Positions 10,050 to 19,888 of a DNA stretch of 64,000 bases are shown in pieces. The notes beneath the pieces are model-generated. The model worked only from the letters and a program-made list of their open reading frames with translations. It searched no databases and was not told the origin of the DNA. The translations under genes and the position numbers were made by a program. Each line of letters begins with the position of its first letter. Within the stretch, counting starts at the first letter, position 1. The DNA lies in assembly GCF_036567905.1 (NCBI RefSeq), contig NZ_DATCTO010000044.1, positions 16,916-80,915 of the forward strand. Direction: 5' to 3'. The DNA is from Candidatus Binatus sp. (lineage in GTDB: Bacteria > Desulfobacterota > Binatia > Binatales > Binataceae).

Positions 10050-10823
10050 CTAGACGCCGACGATATTGTAGCCCACGTCCACGTAAAGCGTCTGGCCCGT
10101 GACGCCGCTGGAAAAATCGCTCAGCACCGCAGTCGCCATCTTGCCGACTTCCTCGATCTTCATCGCGCGCCGCAGCGGCGCGCGCGCCTCGACCTCGTGC
10201 GCCATCGTATGGAAGTCGCGAATCGCCGACGACGAGAGCGTGCGCGCGGGCCCGGCGCTGAGCGCGTTGACTCGTATATTCCCGGCCCCCAGATCGACCG
10301 ACAGATAGCGCACGCAGGCCTCCAAGGCCGCCTTGGCCACACCCATCATGTTGTAATTGGGGATCGCACGGACCGCGCCGAGGTAGCTGAGCGTCAGGAT
10401 CGATCCGCCGCCGCGCGCTTCCATCAGCGGTTCCGCGGCGCGGGCGAGCGCGACCAGCGAGTAGGCGCTGATTTCCATCGACTTCGCAAAATTGGCGCGG
10501 CTGACCGTCAGAAATCGATCGCGGAGATCTTCACGCTCGGCAAACGCGACCGCATGCACGAGCAGGTCCAGCCCGTTCCATTTTTTCTTGAGCGCCGCAA
10601 ACACGGACGCGATTTGCGCGTCGTCGGTCACATCGAGCTCGCCGATCACGTCGGCCTGGATTTGCGCCGCCAGCGGACGGACGCGCTTTTCCAGGATCTC
10701 GCCCTGGTAGGTCAGCGCGATCTCGGCGCCCTCGGCGGCCAGCCGCTGCGCTATCGACCACGCCAGGCTTTTTTCGTTTGCGACGCCGACGATCAACGCC
10801 CGCTTGCCCTGTACTATGCCCAT
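10050..10823 (-). CDS. fabI: Enoyl-[acyl-carrier-protein] reductase (NADH)
   Basis: 257 aa with GKRALIVGVANEKSLAWSIA at the N-terminus, plus SYLGAVRAIPNYNMMGVAKAALE (Tyr/Lys catalytic region). Confidence 0.95.
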   Translation of the reverse strand: MGIVQGKRALIVGVANEKSLAWSIAQRLAAEGAEIALTYQGEILEKRVRPLAAQIQADVIGELDVTDDAQIASVFAALKKKWNGLDLLVHAVAFAEREDLRDRFLTVSRANFAKSMEISAYSLVALARAAEPLMEARGGGSILTLSYLGAVRAIPNYNMMGVAKAALEACVRYLSVDLGAGNIRVNALSAGPARTLSSSAIRDFHTMAHEVEARAPLRRAMKIEEVGKMATAVLSDFSSGVTGQTLYVDVGYNIVGV

Positions 10824-10860
10824 GGCGAGTTTCCTTATTTGCGACGATGCGCGCGCGGGC

Positions 10861-11634
10861 TCAGATTTCGATCTTCATCCCGTCATAGCCCATTTCAAGA
10901 ACGATCTCATCGGCGCGGCTCAGCACTTCGCGCCCAAGATGCGTCAGCACCATTCGGCGCACCTTGAACTTGTCGCGATTGGCCGCCAGCAGCGGGTAGT
11001 TGAGATGAAAGTTCAGCTCCGTGCTCTCGTAGTAGGTGCATTCGCACAGGAACAGATCGGCGCCGGCGCTGAGCTCGACCAGCTCATCGTTCCATCCGGT
11101 GTCGCCCGAGAAAACTATCGACTTGCCGCCGCCGTCGATTCTGAGCGACAGCGAGATGTCGGGCTTGGTGTGCGGACTGCGGATCGCGCGCACCTTGAAC
11201 TTGCCCAGCCGCGTCGAGCTGCCCGGTTCGAGCACCACGAACTTCAGCTTGCGCTTTATTTTGTCGAGTTCGAAATGCGGAAACATCGTGCGCATCAGCA
11301 GCCACGTCCGCTGCTCGAGCCGGGGCGGGCCCGCAATGGTCAGCAGCCGCTTGCGCGGCGTCTCCCACATGTAGTCGAGAATCAGGAACGGCAGGCCGGC
11401 GAAATGATCGCCGTGCAGATGGCTGATGAGCACCAGGTCGAAGCTGTCGGGCGCGACGGCGTTGCTCTTGAGCGCAGGCATCAGGCCGGGCCCCGCTTCC
11501 ATCAGGATCCGCCCGCCGGGCGCGTCGATCAGGTAGCCCGATTGTGAACGGCCGAAACTCGCGAACGCATCGCCGGTGCCCAACAGAGTCACGGTTACCG
11601 GCGCACCGTTCGATGCCGTGCGATTCGGATTCAT
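10861..11634 (-). CDS. MBL-fold metallo-hydrolase
   Basis: 257 aa with the ISHLHGDHFAGLPFL (HxHxDH) motif. The subfamily (RNase Z/PhnP-like) cannot be resolved by eye. Confidence 0.8.
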   Translation of the reverse strand: MNPNRTASNGAPVTVTLLGTGDAFASFGRSQSGYLIDAPGGRILMEAGPGLMPALKSNAVAPDSFDLVLISHLHGDHFAGLPFLILDYMWETPRKRLLTIAGPPRLEQRTWLLMRTMFPHFELDKIKRKLKFVVLEPGSSTRLGKFKVRAIRSPHTKPDISLSLRIDGGGKSIVFSGDTGWNDELVELSAGADLFLCECTYYESTELNFHLNYPLLAANRDKFKVRRMVLTHLGREVLSRADEIVLEMGYDGMKIEI

Positions 11635-11691
11635 TGCGGCGGCCTATGCTAATATCATCGGTGGATGCGCGCAAACCAGGGAGCGCCGCCG

Positions 11692-12276
11692 ATGAAACAG
11701 GTGAAGACCGCAGCCGCTCTCGCGTTCGCTTGCGCCGTCATTGCCGCGACCATTGCCGGATGCGGGAATCCCGCGCCGCCCGCAAACGCGCCGCCGCGCA
11801 CCTTCGCCAGCGCCGAGGAAGTCGAGCTCAACTTTCGCGGCCGCACGTTCGTGCTCGGCGACAACAATCAAATCGCGCAAGTGCGCCCGCCCGATTGGCC
11901 CAAGGACAAGTTCCTCAAGCTGCCGTTCTGGTTCGGCGTCAACATTTTGGTGCCCGGAGTGATGGCGCCCAAAGAAAGCGATTTTTACGTCATCAGCGAG
12001 GCCACCCTCGAAAAGCCTTTGGACACGCCCGGCGAATGGATGATCGAAGCGGGCAGCTCGCTGGTGAAGCAGGAGACGGTGTTGGTCACGACGCGCACGC
12101 GATATCTGGCGCCCGGAAAGATTTTGCCCACCATCGTCCAGTATATCGGCAAGCGCGAATTCAAACGCCCCGACGGCAAGACCGTGAATATTCCCGTGCT
12201 GCGCGAGGTCTCGCTGCCGATGAAATGGACGCTCGGCGGGACGATCCCGGCAAGCTACGCGAGATACCGCACATGA
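11692..12276 (+). CDS. Lipoprotein of unknown function, paralog 1
   Basis: Signal peptide plus lipobox (AATIAGC). GGGAG RBS about 10 nt before the ATG at 11692. Clearly homologous to the next gene (shared TRTRYL..G.hLPThV.ahG, VPVLRE.SaPM). Confidence 0.7.
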   Translation: MKQVKTAAALAFACAVIAATIAGCGNPAPPANAPPRTFASAEEVELNFRGRTFVLGDNNQIAQVRPPDWPKDKFLKLPFWFGVNILVPGVMAPKESDFYVISEATLEKPLDTPGEWMIEAGSSLVKQETVLVTTRTRYLAPGKILPTIVQYIGKREFKRPDGKTVNIPVLREVSLPMKWTLGGTIPASYARYRT

Positions 12277-12890
12277 TTCGCCGGGGGATGGCGATCGCCG
12301 TCGCGCTCGCGCTTGCGCTCACGGCGGTCGTCGCGGGATGCACGCCGGACAAGGCGCTCGACTTCGGACCGACCGGCGAGATAACCACGCCGCCCGAGGA
12401 TCAGTTGAGCCGCGACATCATGCGCGATTTCGCCGGACGCGATTTCATTCTCGCCAACAACGATCACGAGGCGCACATCAGTCTCACCGATTGGAAGCCC
12501 GGACGGCGCATCATCGTGCCGTTCTGGCTCGGCGTAAATCCGCTCTACCCCGGATTTCTGCGGCCGACCGTCGGACATCTATATGTGATGAGCCAATCGA
12601 CGCTGGTCCGCCTGCTCTCCAATAACGAGTACCTGATTCGCGCCGGCTCGAAACTCTTCAAGAGCGATACCGTCTTCGAGGCGACGCGCACCCGCTACCT
12701 CGACACCGGCGGGATGCTGCCGACTGTCGTCCGCTTCGTCGGCACGCGCGTCATCACGGTGCCAAAGGACGCGCCCGCAACCGGCACGATCACCGAGAAG
12801 GTTCCGGTGCTGCGCGAAATCTCGATGCCGATGCACACAACCCACGACGATGACCTGACCGGCTACGCCAAGTTCGAAGCCGCCAAATAA
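12273..12890 (+). CDS. Lipoprotein of unknown function, paralog 2
   Basis: The ATG at 12273 overlaps the upstream TGA (ATGA). Signal peptide plus lipobox (AVVAGC). Trimmed from the 11544..12890 track ORF, whose upstream part is shadow frame. Confidence 0.7.
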   Translation: MIRRGMAIAVALALALTAVVAGCTPDKALDFGPTGEITTPPEDQLSRDIMRDFAGRDFILANNDHEAHISLTDWKPGRRIIVPFWLGVNPLYPGFLRPTVGHLYVMSQSTLVRLLSNNEYLIRAGSKLFKSDTVFEATRTRYLDTGGMLPTVVRFVGTRVITVPKDAPATGTITEKVPVLREISMPMHTTHDDDLTGYAKFEAAK

Positions 12891-12945
12891 CCTGGTGAAG
12901 TTGCTACGATGGTAGCGTCATCGATCGAACATCGGAGGTCGCCGC

Positions 12946-13368
12946 ATGCTGTCGCATACGAAATATCTCACCATGAAGGTGCCCAACCGGATGGATTTCG
13001 TGAACATCACGGGCGAAGTTGAAAAGGCGGTGAAGGAAAGCCGCGTGCGCGAGGGCCTCTGCCTCGTCAATGCGATGCACATCACCGCCTCGGTCTTCAT
13101 CAATGACGACGAGCCCGGCCTTCACGAAGATTACAAGCGATGGCTGGAATGGCTGGCGCCGTACGACCCAAGCCCCGAGCGCTATCATCATAATCGCACC
13201 GGCGAGGACAACGGCGACGCGCATCACAAGCGCCAGGTGATGGGCCGCGAAGTCGTAGTCGCGATCACGGCCGGCAAGCTCGACTTCGGTCCCTGGGAAC
13301 AGATCTTCTACGGCGAGTTCGACGGACGGCGCCCCAAGCGCATCCTGATCAAGGTGCTCGGCGAGTAG
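12946..13368 (+). CDS. YjbQ/UPF0047 family protein (secondary thiamine-phosphate synthase-like)
   Basis: 140 aa. Motifs [27 protein letters not shown] and [17 protein letters not shown] match the YjbQ family as I know it. Confidence 0.85.
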   Translation: MLSHTKYLTMKVPNRMDFVNITGEVEKAVKESRVREGLCLVNAMHITASVFINDDEPGLHEDYKRWLEWLAPYDPSPERYHHNRTGEDNGDAHHKRQVMGREVVVAITAGKLDFGPWEQIFYGEFDGRRPKRILIKVLGE

Positions 13369-13374
13369 GGGCCG

Positions 13375-15375
13375 CTACGGCTCTTCGGACTCTTGCAGCG
13401 TTGCGGTCTGCAGTAGCTCTGCCGGCACGTCTTCCAGAAAGCGCGACACCCGGCCCATCACGAAACCGAAGCTGCGGTCGAACATATAGATCGGATACGA
13501 CAGGTACAGCTCGTCGCGCGCCCGCGTGCTCGCGACGTACATCAGGCGGCGCTCCTCCTCGATTTCGTCATCGCCCACGCTTTGCGGTCCCGGGAAACGC
13601 CCGTCGGCGGCCCAGATCAGGAACACGACTTTCCATTCGAGTCCCTTGGCCGAGTGAATCGTGCTGAGCGTCAGGCGTTCGTCGTCGGAGTCGGTCGCGA
13701 GCATGCCGTCAAGTGAATCGTTGGGCGGCTCGAGCGCCATGTCGGCCAGCATCTGTTCGAGGCTTTTGTAGCGCTCGGTGAGATTCTGAAAATGTTCGAG
13801 GTCGCGCTCGCGCTTGGGATAATCGTCGGCGTACGCCTCGCGCATCACGGGCAGATAGTATTCGAGCGTCATCGCGATTTGCTCGGGCGGCCGTTTCTCC
13901 CCGCTGCGCAATTCCGCCAGCAGCGCGCCAAGCCTTTTCAGGCCGCCGTCGGCGCCGCCGCGGGCCTTGTCGGCAAGTTTCGCAACCGTGGCCGCCGGAT
14001 CGTCGGCGGCGATGAGTGCGTCGATCGTTCGCTCGGCCGTGCGATGGCCGATGCCCTTGACCAGCGTGAGCACGCGCAGCCACGACACGGCGTCGGCCGG
14101 ATTGGCGATGACGCGCAGATGCGCCAGCACGTCCTTGATGTGCGCGGTTTCGATAAACTTGAATCCGCCGCGCTTGATGAACGGGATGTCGCGGCGCTGC
14201 AGCTCGAGTTCCAGGTCGAAGGAGTGAAAGCTCGAGCGGAACAGCACCGCGATCTCGCCGAGTTCGACTCCCTCCTCGCGCAGCTCCAGGATGCGCTGGG
14301 CGACAAACCGCGACTGCATGTGTTCATCCTGCGCGCGCACCAGGAAAGGCCGAAAGCCGCCCTCGCGCTGGGTGAACAGCGCCTTGGTGTATTTTTCACC
14401 CGCGCGGGAGATCACATCATTTGCCACATCCAAGATTCCCTGGATCGAGCGGTAGTTCTGTTCGAGCTTCACGATCTTCGCGCCGGGAAAAATCGCGGGA
14501 AAATCCATGATGTTGCGGAAGTTGGCGCCGCGAAACGAATAGATCGACTGCGCATCGTCGCCAACCGCCATCACGTTGCGATGATTCATCGCAAGCAGGC
14601 GCACCAAGTCGGCCTGAATCAGATTGGTGTCCTGGTACTCGTCGATCATGATGAAGCGATAGCTGTCCGACAGCCGGCGGCGCACGTTCTCATGCTGTTC
14701 GAGCAGCTCGGCGAGCCGATACAGCAGGTCGTCGTAGTCGAGCAGGGCGCGCTCGCGCTTGTAGCTCTCGTAATTTTTCGCGAGTTCGAGAATTTCGGTC
14801 TGATGCTCGCCGAGATGCGGAAAATCGATCTCGATTTCCTCCTCGAGCGCGCGCCGCTTGTTGCGCGCCATGCTGATCGCCTCGGCAATCGTGCTTTTCT
14901 TCGGAAACCGGCGCTCGCGCGACGCCAGCCCCATCCGCGTCCGGAGCAGATTGACCACGTCCTCCATGTCGGAGCGATCCAGTATCGTGAAATTGGGCTT
15001 GAGGCCCATCGGCGCGCCCATCCGGCGCAACACATTGTTGGCGAAGGAATGAAACGTGCCGCCCGCGACGGCGCCCGCCCGATCTCCCACCAACTGCTCG
15101 GCGCGATGCAACATCTCCTGCGCCGCGCGGCGGGTGAACGTCAGCAGCAGGATCGCGCCGGGCGGCACGCCGCTCTCGATCAGCCGCGCGACGCGATAGA
15201 TCAGCGTGCGAGTCTTGCCCGATCCCGCCCCCGCTACCACCAGCAGCGGGCCCTCGCGATGGGTCACGGCGGCCAGCTGCGCGGGATTGAGCAGCTCGGC
15301 GTACTTGATCTTGAAGTTGCGCTCGTCGGCCGGCGATGCCGGCTTTTCGCGCAGGTAAATTACCTTGTCGGCCAC
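13375..15375 (-). CDS. UvrD/PcrA/Rep-family ATP-dependent DNA helicase
   Basis: 666 aa with Walker A AGAGSGKTRTL, plus DEYQDTN, TIHSAKGLEW and VASTRAR helicase motifs. Confidence 0.9.
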   Translation of the reverse strand: MADKVIYLREKPASPADERNFKIKYAELLNPAQLAAVTHREGPLLVVAGAGSGKTRTLIYRVARLIESGVPPGAILLLTFTRRAAQEMLHRAEQLVGDRAGAVAGGTFHSFANNVLRRMGAPMGLKPNFTILDRSDMEDVVNLLRTRMGLASRERRFPKKSTIAEAISMARNKRRALEEEIEIDFPHLGEHQTEILELAKNYESYKRERALLDYDDLLYRLAELLEQHENVRRRLSDSYRFIMIDEYQDTNLIQADLVRLLAMNHRNVMAVGDDAQSIYSFRGANFRNIMDFPAIFPGAKIVKLEQNYRSIQGILDVANDVISRAGEKYTKALFTQREGGFRPFLVRAQDEHMQSRFVAQRILELREEGVELGEIAVLFRSSFHSFDLELELQRRDIPFIKRGGFKFIETAHIKDVLAHLRVIANPADAVSWLRVLTLVKGIGHRTAERTIDALIAADDPAATVAKLADKARGGADGGLKRLGALLAELRSGEKRPPEQIAMTLEYYLPVMREAYADDYPKRERDLEHFQNLTERYKSLEQMLADMALEPPNDSLDGMLATDSDDERLTLSTIHSAKGLEWKVVFLIWAADGRFPGPQSVGDDEIEEERRLMYVASTRARDELYLSYPIYMFDRSFGFVMGRVSRFLEDVPAELLQTATLQESEEP

Positions 15376-15467
15376 GTCAAGCGGGATCCTACCACGGCGC
15401 GCGCCGCAAGTTGCGATGCCCGCGATTGCGCCGGCGCCCGCGCCGCTCTGTGCTGGCGACTATCCCG

Positions 15468-16499
15468 TTACGGAATCTGGATCTGCTGAATCTGTGCCTC
15501 TTCCCTCTGCACGACTTCGGCCGGCAGCGGCGCGTACTTGAGCTCCGGCGCGTACTTCTGTCCTTCGGTCAGCGCCCAGTGCAGGAACTTCACGATCTGT
15601 TCGCCGACTTCCTTGTTGGTCTGCTTCTGATAAACGATCAGATAGGTGAACGACGAGATCGGGTACGCCTGCGCGCCCGGTGCGTCCGTGATCGACACGC
15701 GGAAGTCGGCCGGCATATTGCCCGACACCGACGCCGCCGCCGCGGTCACGCCCTCGAGGCTCGCCCGCACCCAGTTGCCCGCCTTGTTCTGTAATTCGGC
15801 GTACGGGATGTGGTTGTTGAGCGCGTAGATCAGCTCGACGTAGCCGATTGCGCCGGGCGTTTGCTGAACCAGCGCCGTCACGCCCTCGTTGCCCTTGCCG
15901 CCGAGTCCGACCGGCCACTTGACCGAGGTTCCTTTGCCCACCTCCGACGCCCAACTCGGGCTGACCTTCGACAAGTAATCGACGAAAATATACGTCGTGC
16001 CGCTGCCGTCGGAGCGGTGGCATACGACGATGTCCTGCGACGGGATCGCCGCGCCCGGATTCAGCGCCTTGATCTTGTCGTCATCCCACTTGGTTATTTT
16101 GCCCGAGAAAATATCCGCGATTACCGGACCCGTCAGGCGGAGCGTGCCGGTAAATCCGGGCAGGTTGTACGCGACCACGTCCGCGCCCATCACGCTCGGG
16201 AAGTGCAGAATTTTTCCCGGCGCTTCGGCAAGCTGTTGATCGGTGAGCGGAGCGTCGCTCGCGCCAAGATCGACGGTGCGATTCGAGAGCATCCTGATGC
16301 CGCCGCCCGAACCGATCGATTGGTAGTTGAACTTGATGCCCGGATTTTCCTTCGCGTAAACGTCGAACCACTTGGAATAGATCGGGTACGGGAACGTCGC
16401 GCCGGCGCCATTGATTAACCTATCGGCAAATCCGGAGCGGCCGGTACCAGCGATCGCCAGGACTGTGAAAAGGGCAATGATTAGTCGTCGTTTGAGCAT
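15468..16499 (-). CDS. pstS: Phosphate ABC transporter substrate-binding protein
   Basis: GAGATFPYPIYSKW and NYQSIGSGGGI motifs. Start set at the ATG at 16499 (MLKRRLIIALF signal peptide). No pstCAB genes are adjacent. Confidence 0.9.
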   Translation of the reverse strand: MLKRRLIIALFTVLAIAGTGRSGFADRLINGAGATFPYPIYSKWFDVYAKENPGIKFNYQSIGSGGGIRMLSNRTVDLGASDAPLTDQQLAEAPGKILHFPSVMGADVVAYNLPGFTGTLRLTGPVIADIFSGKITKWDDDKIKALNPGAAIPSQDIVVCHRSDGSGTTYIFVDYLSKVSPSWASEVGKGTSVKWPVGLGGKGNEGVTALVQQTPGAIGYVELIYALNNHIPYAELQNKAGNWVRASLEGVTAAAASVSGNMPADFRVSITDAPGAQAYPISSFTYLIVYQKQTNKEVGEQIVKFLHWALTEGQKYAPELKYAPLPAEVVQREEAQIQQIQIP

Positions 16500-16728
16500 C
16501 TTTTGAACCTGCCTCGAAGTTAGTCGGGTCCGTTGCGCGGATCTGAGTGTGGCGCGCAAAAGCTACGCATCGGACATTAAGGGAGGATGAACCCGGCGTG
16601 TCCGCGGGTTGAATTCGGCCGCCTCGATCCGGATTCCCGTGCATAGTTGCGCTTGGGCGCGATCGGTTGCTTTTCCCGCCCTCGCTCAACGACAATCCAA
16701 TTCCAAAAACGGCGCCTGGCAATTTTCA

Positions 16729-19047
16729 ATGGGTAAATCACTCGACGGAATCAACATCGTTGAATTCGCCTCTCACATGGGCGCAGCTTACGCCACGATG
16801 CTCTTGGCGGAAAACGGCGCGCGCGCCATCAAGATCGAGCCGCCGCGCGGTTCGCGCGAGCGCGGCACGCCGCACTTCCACGTCCTCAACCGCTCCAAGC
16901 GTGCGCTCGAGCTGGACCTCGACGATCGCGCATCGCAGCCTCGAATCGCGGACCTGATTCGATGGGCCGATATCGTAGTCACCGGCTTCACACCGGCCCG
17001 GCTGAAACAACTGAACCTCGACGCCGAATCGATTCGCCGGATTAATCCGCGCGCGATTGCGCTCGGCATGCATCCGCTGGGCAGCCGCGGCCCCGACGCC
17101 GACTTCGATGCGAACGACGAGCTGGCCGCTGCCCGCGGCGGAATCACCGGCAGCCAGTGGGCGCGCAGCGGCAATCCCGTCGCGCTGGTTTTTCCGGCGG
17201 CGAGTTATTCGGCGGGCGTGCTGGCGGCGACTGCGGCCGTCGCGGCGATTGTGGCGCGCGGCGCGAACCGGGCGGGCGACGCGGTCGAAGTCTCGCTTCT
17301 GGCCGGCGCGTTCTCGCTCCAGACCGGCGCAATCCTGAGTCACGAGGCGATGACCAGCCTCTATCAGGGTCCGCTGGATCCGCTCGGCCCGATTCCGGTT
17401 TATCGTCTGTTCGAGGCCGCCGACGGCAAGTACCTGTTTGTCGCATGCGGTAACACGACCTTCTGGGGCAAGTTCGCGATCGCAATCGATCGCCCCGAAC
17501 TGGTCGCCGACCCGCGGTTCGAAAATGCGCCGTGGGGAATCGCGCCCGAACACTGGCAGCCGCTCAAAGACATCATCGAGCCGATCATCCGCACGCGCAC
17601 GCGCGACGAATGGCTGGGCATCCTGCGCGAATACGACGTCCCGTGCGCCCCGGTGATGACCCGCCACGAGTTCATCGATCACCCGCAGACGCGCGCGCTC
17701 GGGATGCGCACTGAGATCGACGACCCCGCTCTCGGCCGCATGATTCAGATGGGCCTGCCGGTGTTCCTGAGCGACACTCCCGGCGAAATCACGGGCCCCG
17801 CTCCCCAGGCCGGCGACGATCGCGCGGCGCTGCAATGGCTTGCAGAGCCAGGGCGCGATCCATCGCCGGAAAAGGACCTGCGCTCGGCTGAACGGCCGCC
17901 GCTCGACGGCGTCACCGTGCTCGACTTCGCCAGCTACATCGCGGGTTCGTACGGCCCGATGATACTCGCGCAACTCGGCGCCAAGGTCATCAAGATCGAA
18001 AGCCTCGAGGGCGATTCGTTTCGCCACTTCGGTTTCGGCTTCCTCGGCTGGAACCAGGGCAAGCGCGCCATCTCGGTCAATCTTGCGACCGGGGAAGGCC
18101 GCGAAATCATCCATGGGCTCGCGGACAAGGCCGACATCGTGGTCGAGAATCTGCGGCCGGGCCGGATGCGCAAGTTCGGCTTCGATTACGAAAGCCTGGC
18201 GGCGCGCAACCCGCGCATCATCTATATGTCGCTCAACGGGTTCGGAAATCGCGGACCCGAGCACAACCAGCCCGGCTTCGATCCGCTGTTGCAGGCGCGC
18301 TCGGGCGCGATGGCGGCGCAAGGCGGCCATCACGGGCATCCGGTGTACCTGACCTGCGCGATTTGCGACTACGGCGCCGCGATGCTCTCCGCGTTTGGAT
18401 GCGTGCTCGCGCTGCGTGCGCGCGAACGTACCGGACGCGGCCAGTTATGCGAGACCTCGCTGCTGCAAGCCGCGATGGCTTTTCAGGCCGGCGAGTTCGC
18501 GTTCTATCCGGGGCGGCAGGACATGGAAAATGGCGGCGCTGAGAATCGCGGGCGCTCGGCGCTTTCGCGCGCCTACAGTTGCCGCGGCGGCGAATGGCTA
18601 TTCATCTCGCTGACCGACGAGACGCAATGGAAGGCGCTACTGACTATTGCGTCCGGGCTGCCGAAGATTAACTGGGACGCGGCCGCGGCGGAACCGAACG
18701 AGGGCGCTCTGGCGGCGGCGCTTGCGCAGCAGTTTGCGAAGCTCGATCGCGACGACGCACTCGCCGCGTTGAAGAAATCCGCCATCCCGGCTACGCGGGT
18801 AAATCATTTGGGCGAATTGTTCGACGATCCGCAGGTCCTCGCCAACGACCTGATCGCCGAGTTGTCTCATTCGCAATGGGGCCGCGTGAAGCAAACCGGA
18901 ATGCTGACGAAGTTTTCCGCGTCCCCCGCCACGATCGACCGCGCCGCGCCGATGCTGGGCGAGCACACCGACGAGATCCTCCGCGAGTGCCTCGGTTACC
19001 CGGCCGGCCGAATCGCCGCGCTGCGCGCCGCCGGCGTCGTCAAGTGA
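16729..19047 (+). CDS. Tandem-fused double class III (CaiB/BaiF) CoA-transferase
   Basis: 772 aa from the ATG at 16729. It has two N-terminal-type modules, LDGINIVEFASHMGAAYATMLLAENGARAIKIEPP and LDGVTVLDFASYIAGSYGPMILAQLGAKVIKIES, each followed by about 380 aa. Only the second has the canonical PGFDPLLQARSG Asp region. Confidence 0.85.
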   Translation: MGKSLDGINIVEFASHMGAAYATMLLAENGARAIKIEPPRGSRERGTPHFHVLNRSKRALELDLDDRASQPRIADLIRWADIVVTGFTPARLKQLNLDAESIRRINPRAIALGMHPLGSRGPDADFDANDELAAARGGITGSQWARSGNPVALVFPAASYSAGVLAATAAVAAIVARGANRAGDAVEVSLLAGAFSLQTGAILSHEAMTSLYQGPLDPLGPIPVYRLFEAADGKYLFVACGNTTFWGKFAIAIDRPELVADPRFENAPWGIAPEHWQPLKDIIEPIIRTRTRDEWLGILREYDVPCAPVMTRHEFIDHPQTRALGMRTEIDDPALGRMIQMGLPVFLSDTPGEITGPAPQAGDDRAALQWLAEPGRDPSPEKDLRSAERPPLDGVTVLDFASYIAGSYGPMILAQLGAKVIKIESLEGDSFRHFGFGFLGWNQGKRAISVNLATGEGREIIHGLADKADIVVENLRPGRMRKFGFDYESLAARNPRIIYMSLNGFGNRGPEHNQPGFDPLLQARSGAMAAQGGHHGHPVYLTCAICDYGAAMLSAFGCVLALRARERTGRGQLCETSLLQAAMAFQAGEFAFYPGRQDMENGGAENRGRSALSRAYSCRGGEWLFISLTDETQWKALLTIASGLPKINWDAAAAEPNEGALAAALAQQFAKLDRDDALAALKKSAIPATRVNHLGELFDDPQVLANDLIAELSHSQWGRVKQTGMLTKFSASPATIDRAAPMLGEHTDEILRECLGYPAGRIAALRAAGVVK

Positions 19048-19050
19048 TCG

Positions 19051-19614
19051 ATGGATCCTGAGGCGGCCGCCGTTATCACTCCGCATCTGCTCGCGCGCGA
19101 GGAGCTGCTCTGGTGCGGACGCCCGCGTGATACGAGGGCGCTTCGATGGCGCGCGGGCGCGATCATACTGGTTGCAATCGCCGCGCTGGTGATGCGTTCG
19201 ATCCCGCTCGACTCCGGTCTTGCCGAGCGTGCTGACACCAATTCAATTCTGCTGGCGATGCTGGTCGGCGTTCTGATCGCGGAAGCGATCGTCTTCCACA
19301 CCTATCTGTCGAAGACGTTTTACGGCGTCACCAATCAACGCGTGATCATCGTGTCTGGATTGAGAGAGCCGCAGATGGTGGCAGTTCTGCTTGACCGGCT
19401 GAACGCGGCGCAACTCCGCATCCGGCGCATCTACCGCGACATAGAATTGCGCGCTCCCAGCGAAGAGCTATTTCAATTGCGGCATCTGCCGTTCACGAAC
19501 CCTTCGGTCCCGCCGGATTGGATCGGATGGCCCGAGTGCTACCGGCTAATCGCGCTTGAAGACGCCCGCCGCGTGTGCGACTTGATAGTCGAATCGGCGC
19601 ACAAGCTGAAATAG
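19051..19614 (+). CDS. Membrane protein with bacterial PH-like (DUF304/YdbS-like) layout
   Basis: 187 aa with EELLWCGRP, two TM helices, then FYGVTNQRVIIVSG. It starts 3 nt after the CoA-transferase stop. Confidence 0.5.
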   Translation: MDPEAAAVITPHLLAREELLWCGRPRDTRALRWRAGAIILVAIAALVMRSIPLDSGLAERADTNSILLAMLVGVLIAEAIVFHTYLSKTFYGVTNQRVIIVSGLREPQMVAVLLDRLNAAQLRIRRIYRDIELRAPSEELFQLRHLPFTNPSVPPDWIGWPECYRLIALEDARRVCDLIVESAHKLK

Positions 19615-19633
19615 TCCGAAGCGGAGAGACACT

Positions 19634-19852
19634 ATGCCACTGCTTACCAGCGAAACCGTCAAACAGGTAATGCGCGATCTGTACGGCTACGAAATCTCCG
19701 ACGCCGACGCGGATGCAATCGCGCACAGTGCGGGCGCGATGCTCGCGCTCGCCGGGCACTTGCCGTCGATCGGCCTTGGCGGGATCGAGCCGCCCTTCGG
19801 CTATCCGGTGCTGTTGACTGAGGCGACCCGCCTTGCCAAAGCCAGGCCGTAA
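19634..19852 (+). CDS. Small GatC/AtzG-like protein (putative amidase accessory subunit)
   Basis: 72 aa with a GGAGAG RBS, lying directly upstream of an amidase-signature gene. It is Ala-rich and helical and ends in a GIEPPFGYP-type segment reminiscent of GatC/DUF4089. The call rests on context plus weak motif resemblance only. Confidence 0.4.
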   Translation: MPLLTSETVKQVMRDLYGYEISDADADAIAHSAGAMLALAGHLPSIGLGGIEPPFGYPVLLTEATRLAKARP

Positions 19853-19888
19853 TATCCACTTCAATACTCACTTCGAGGATTTATTCGG

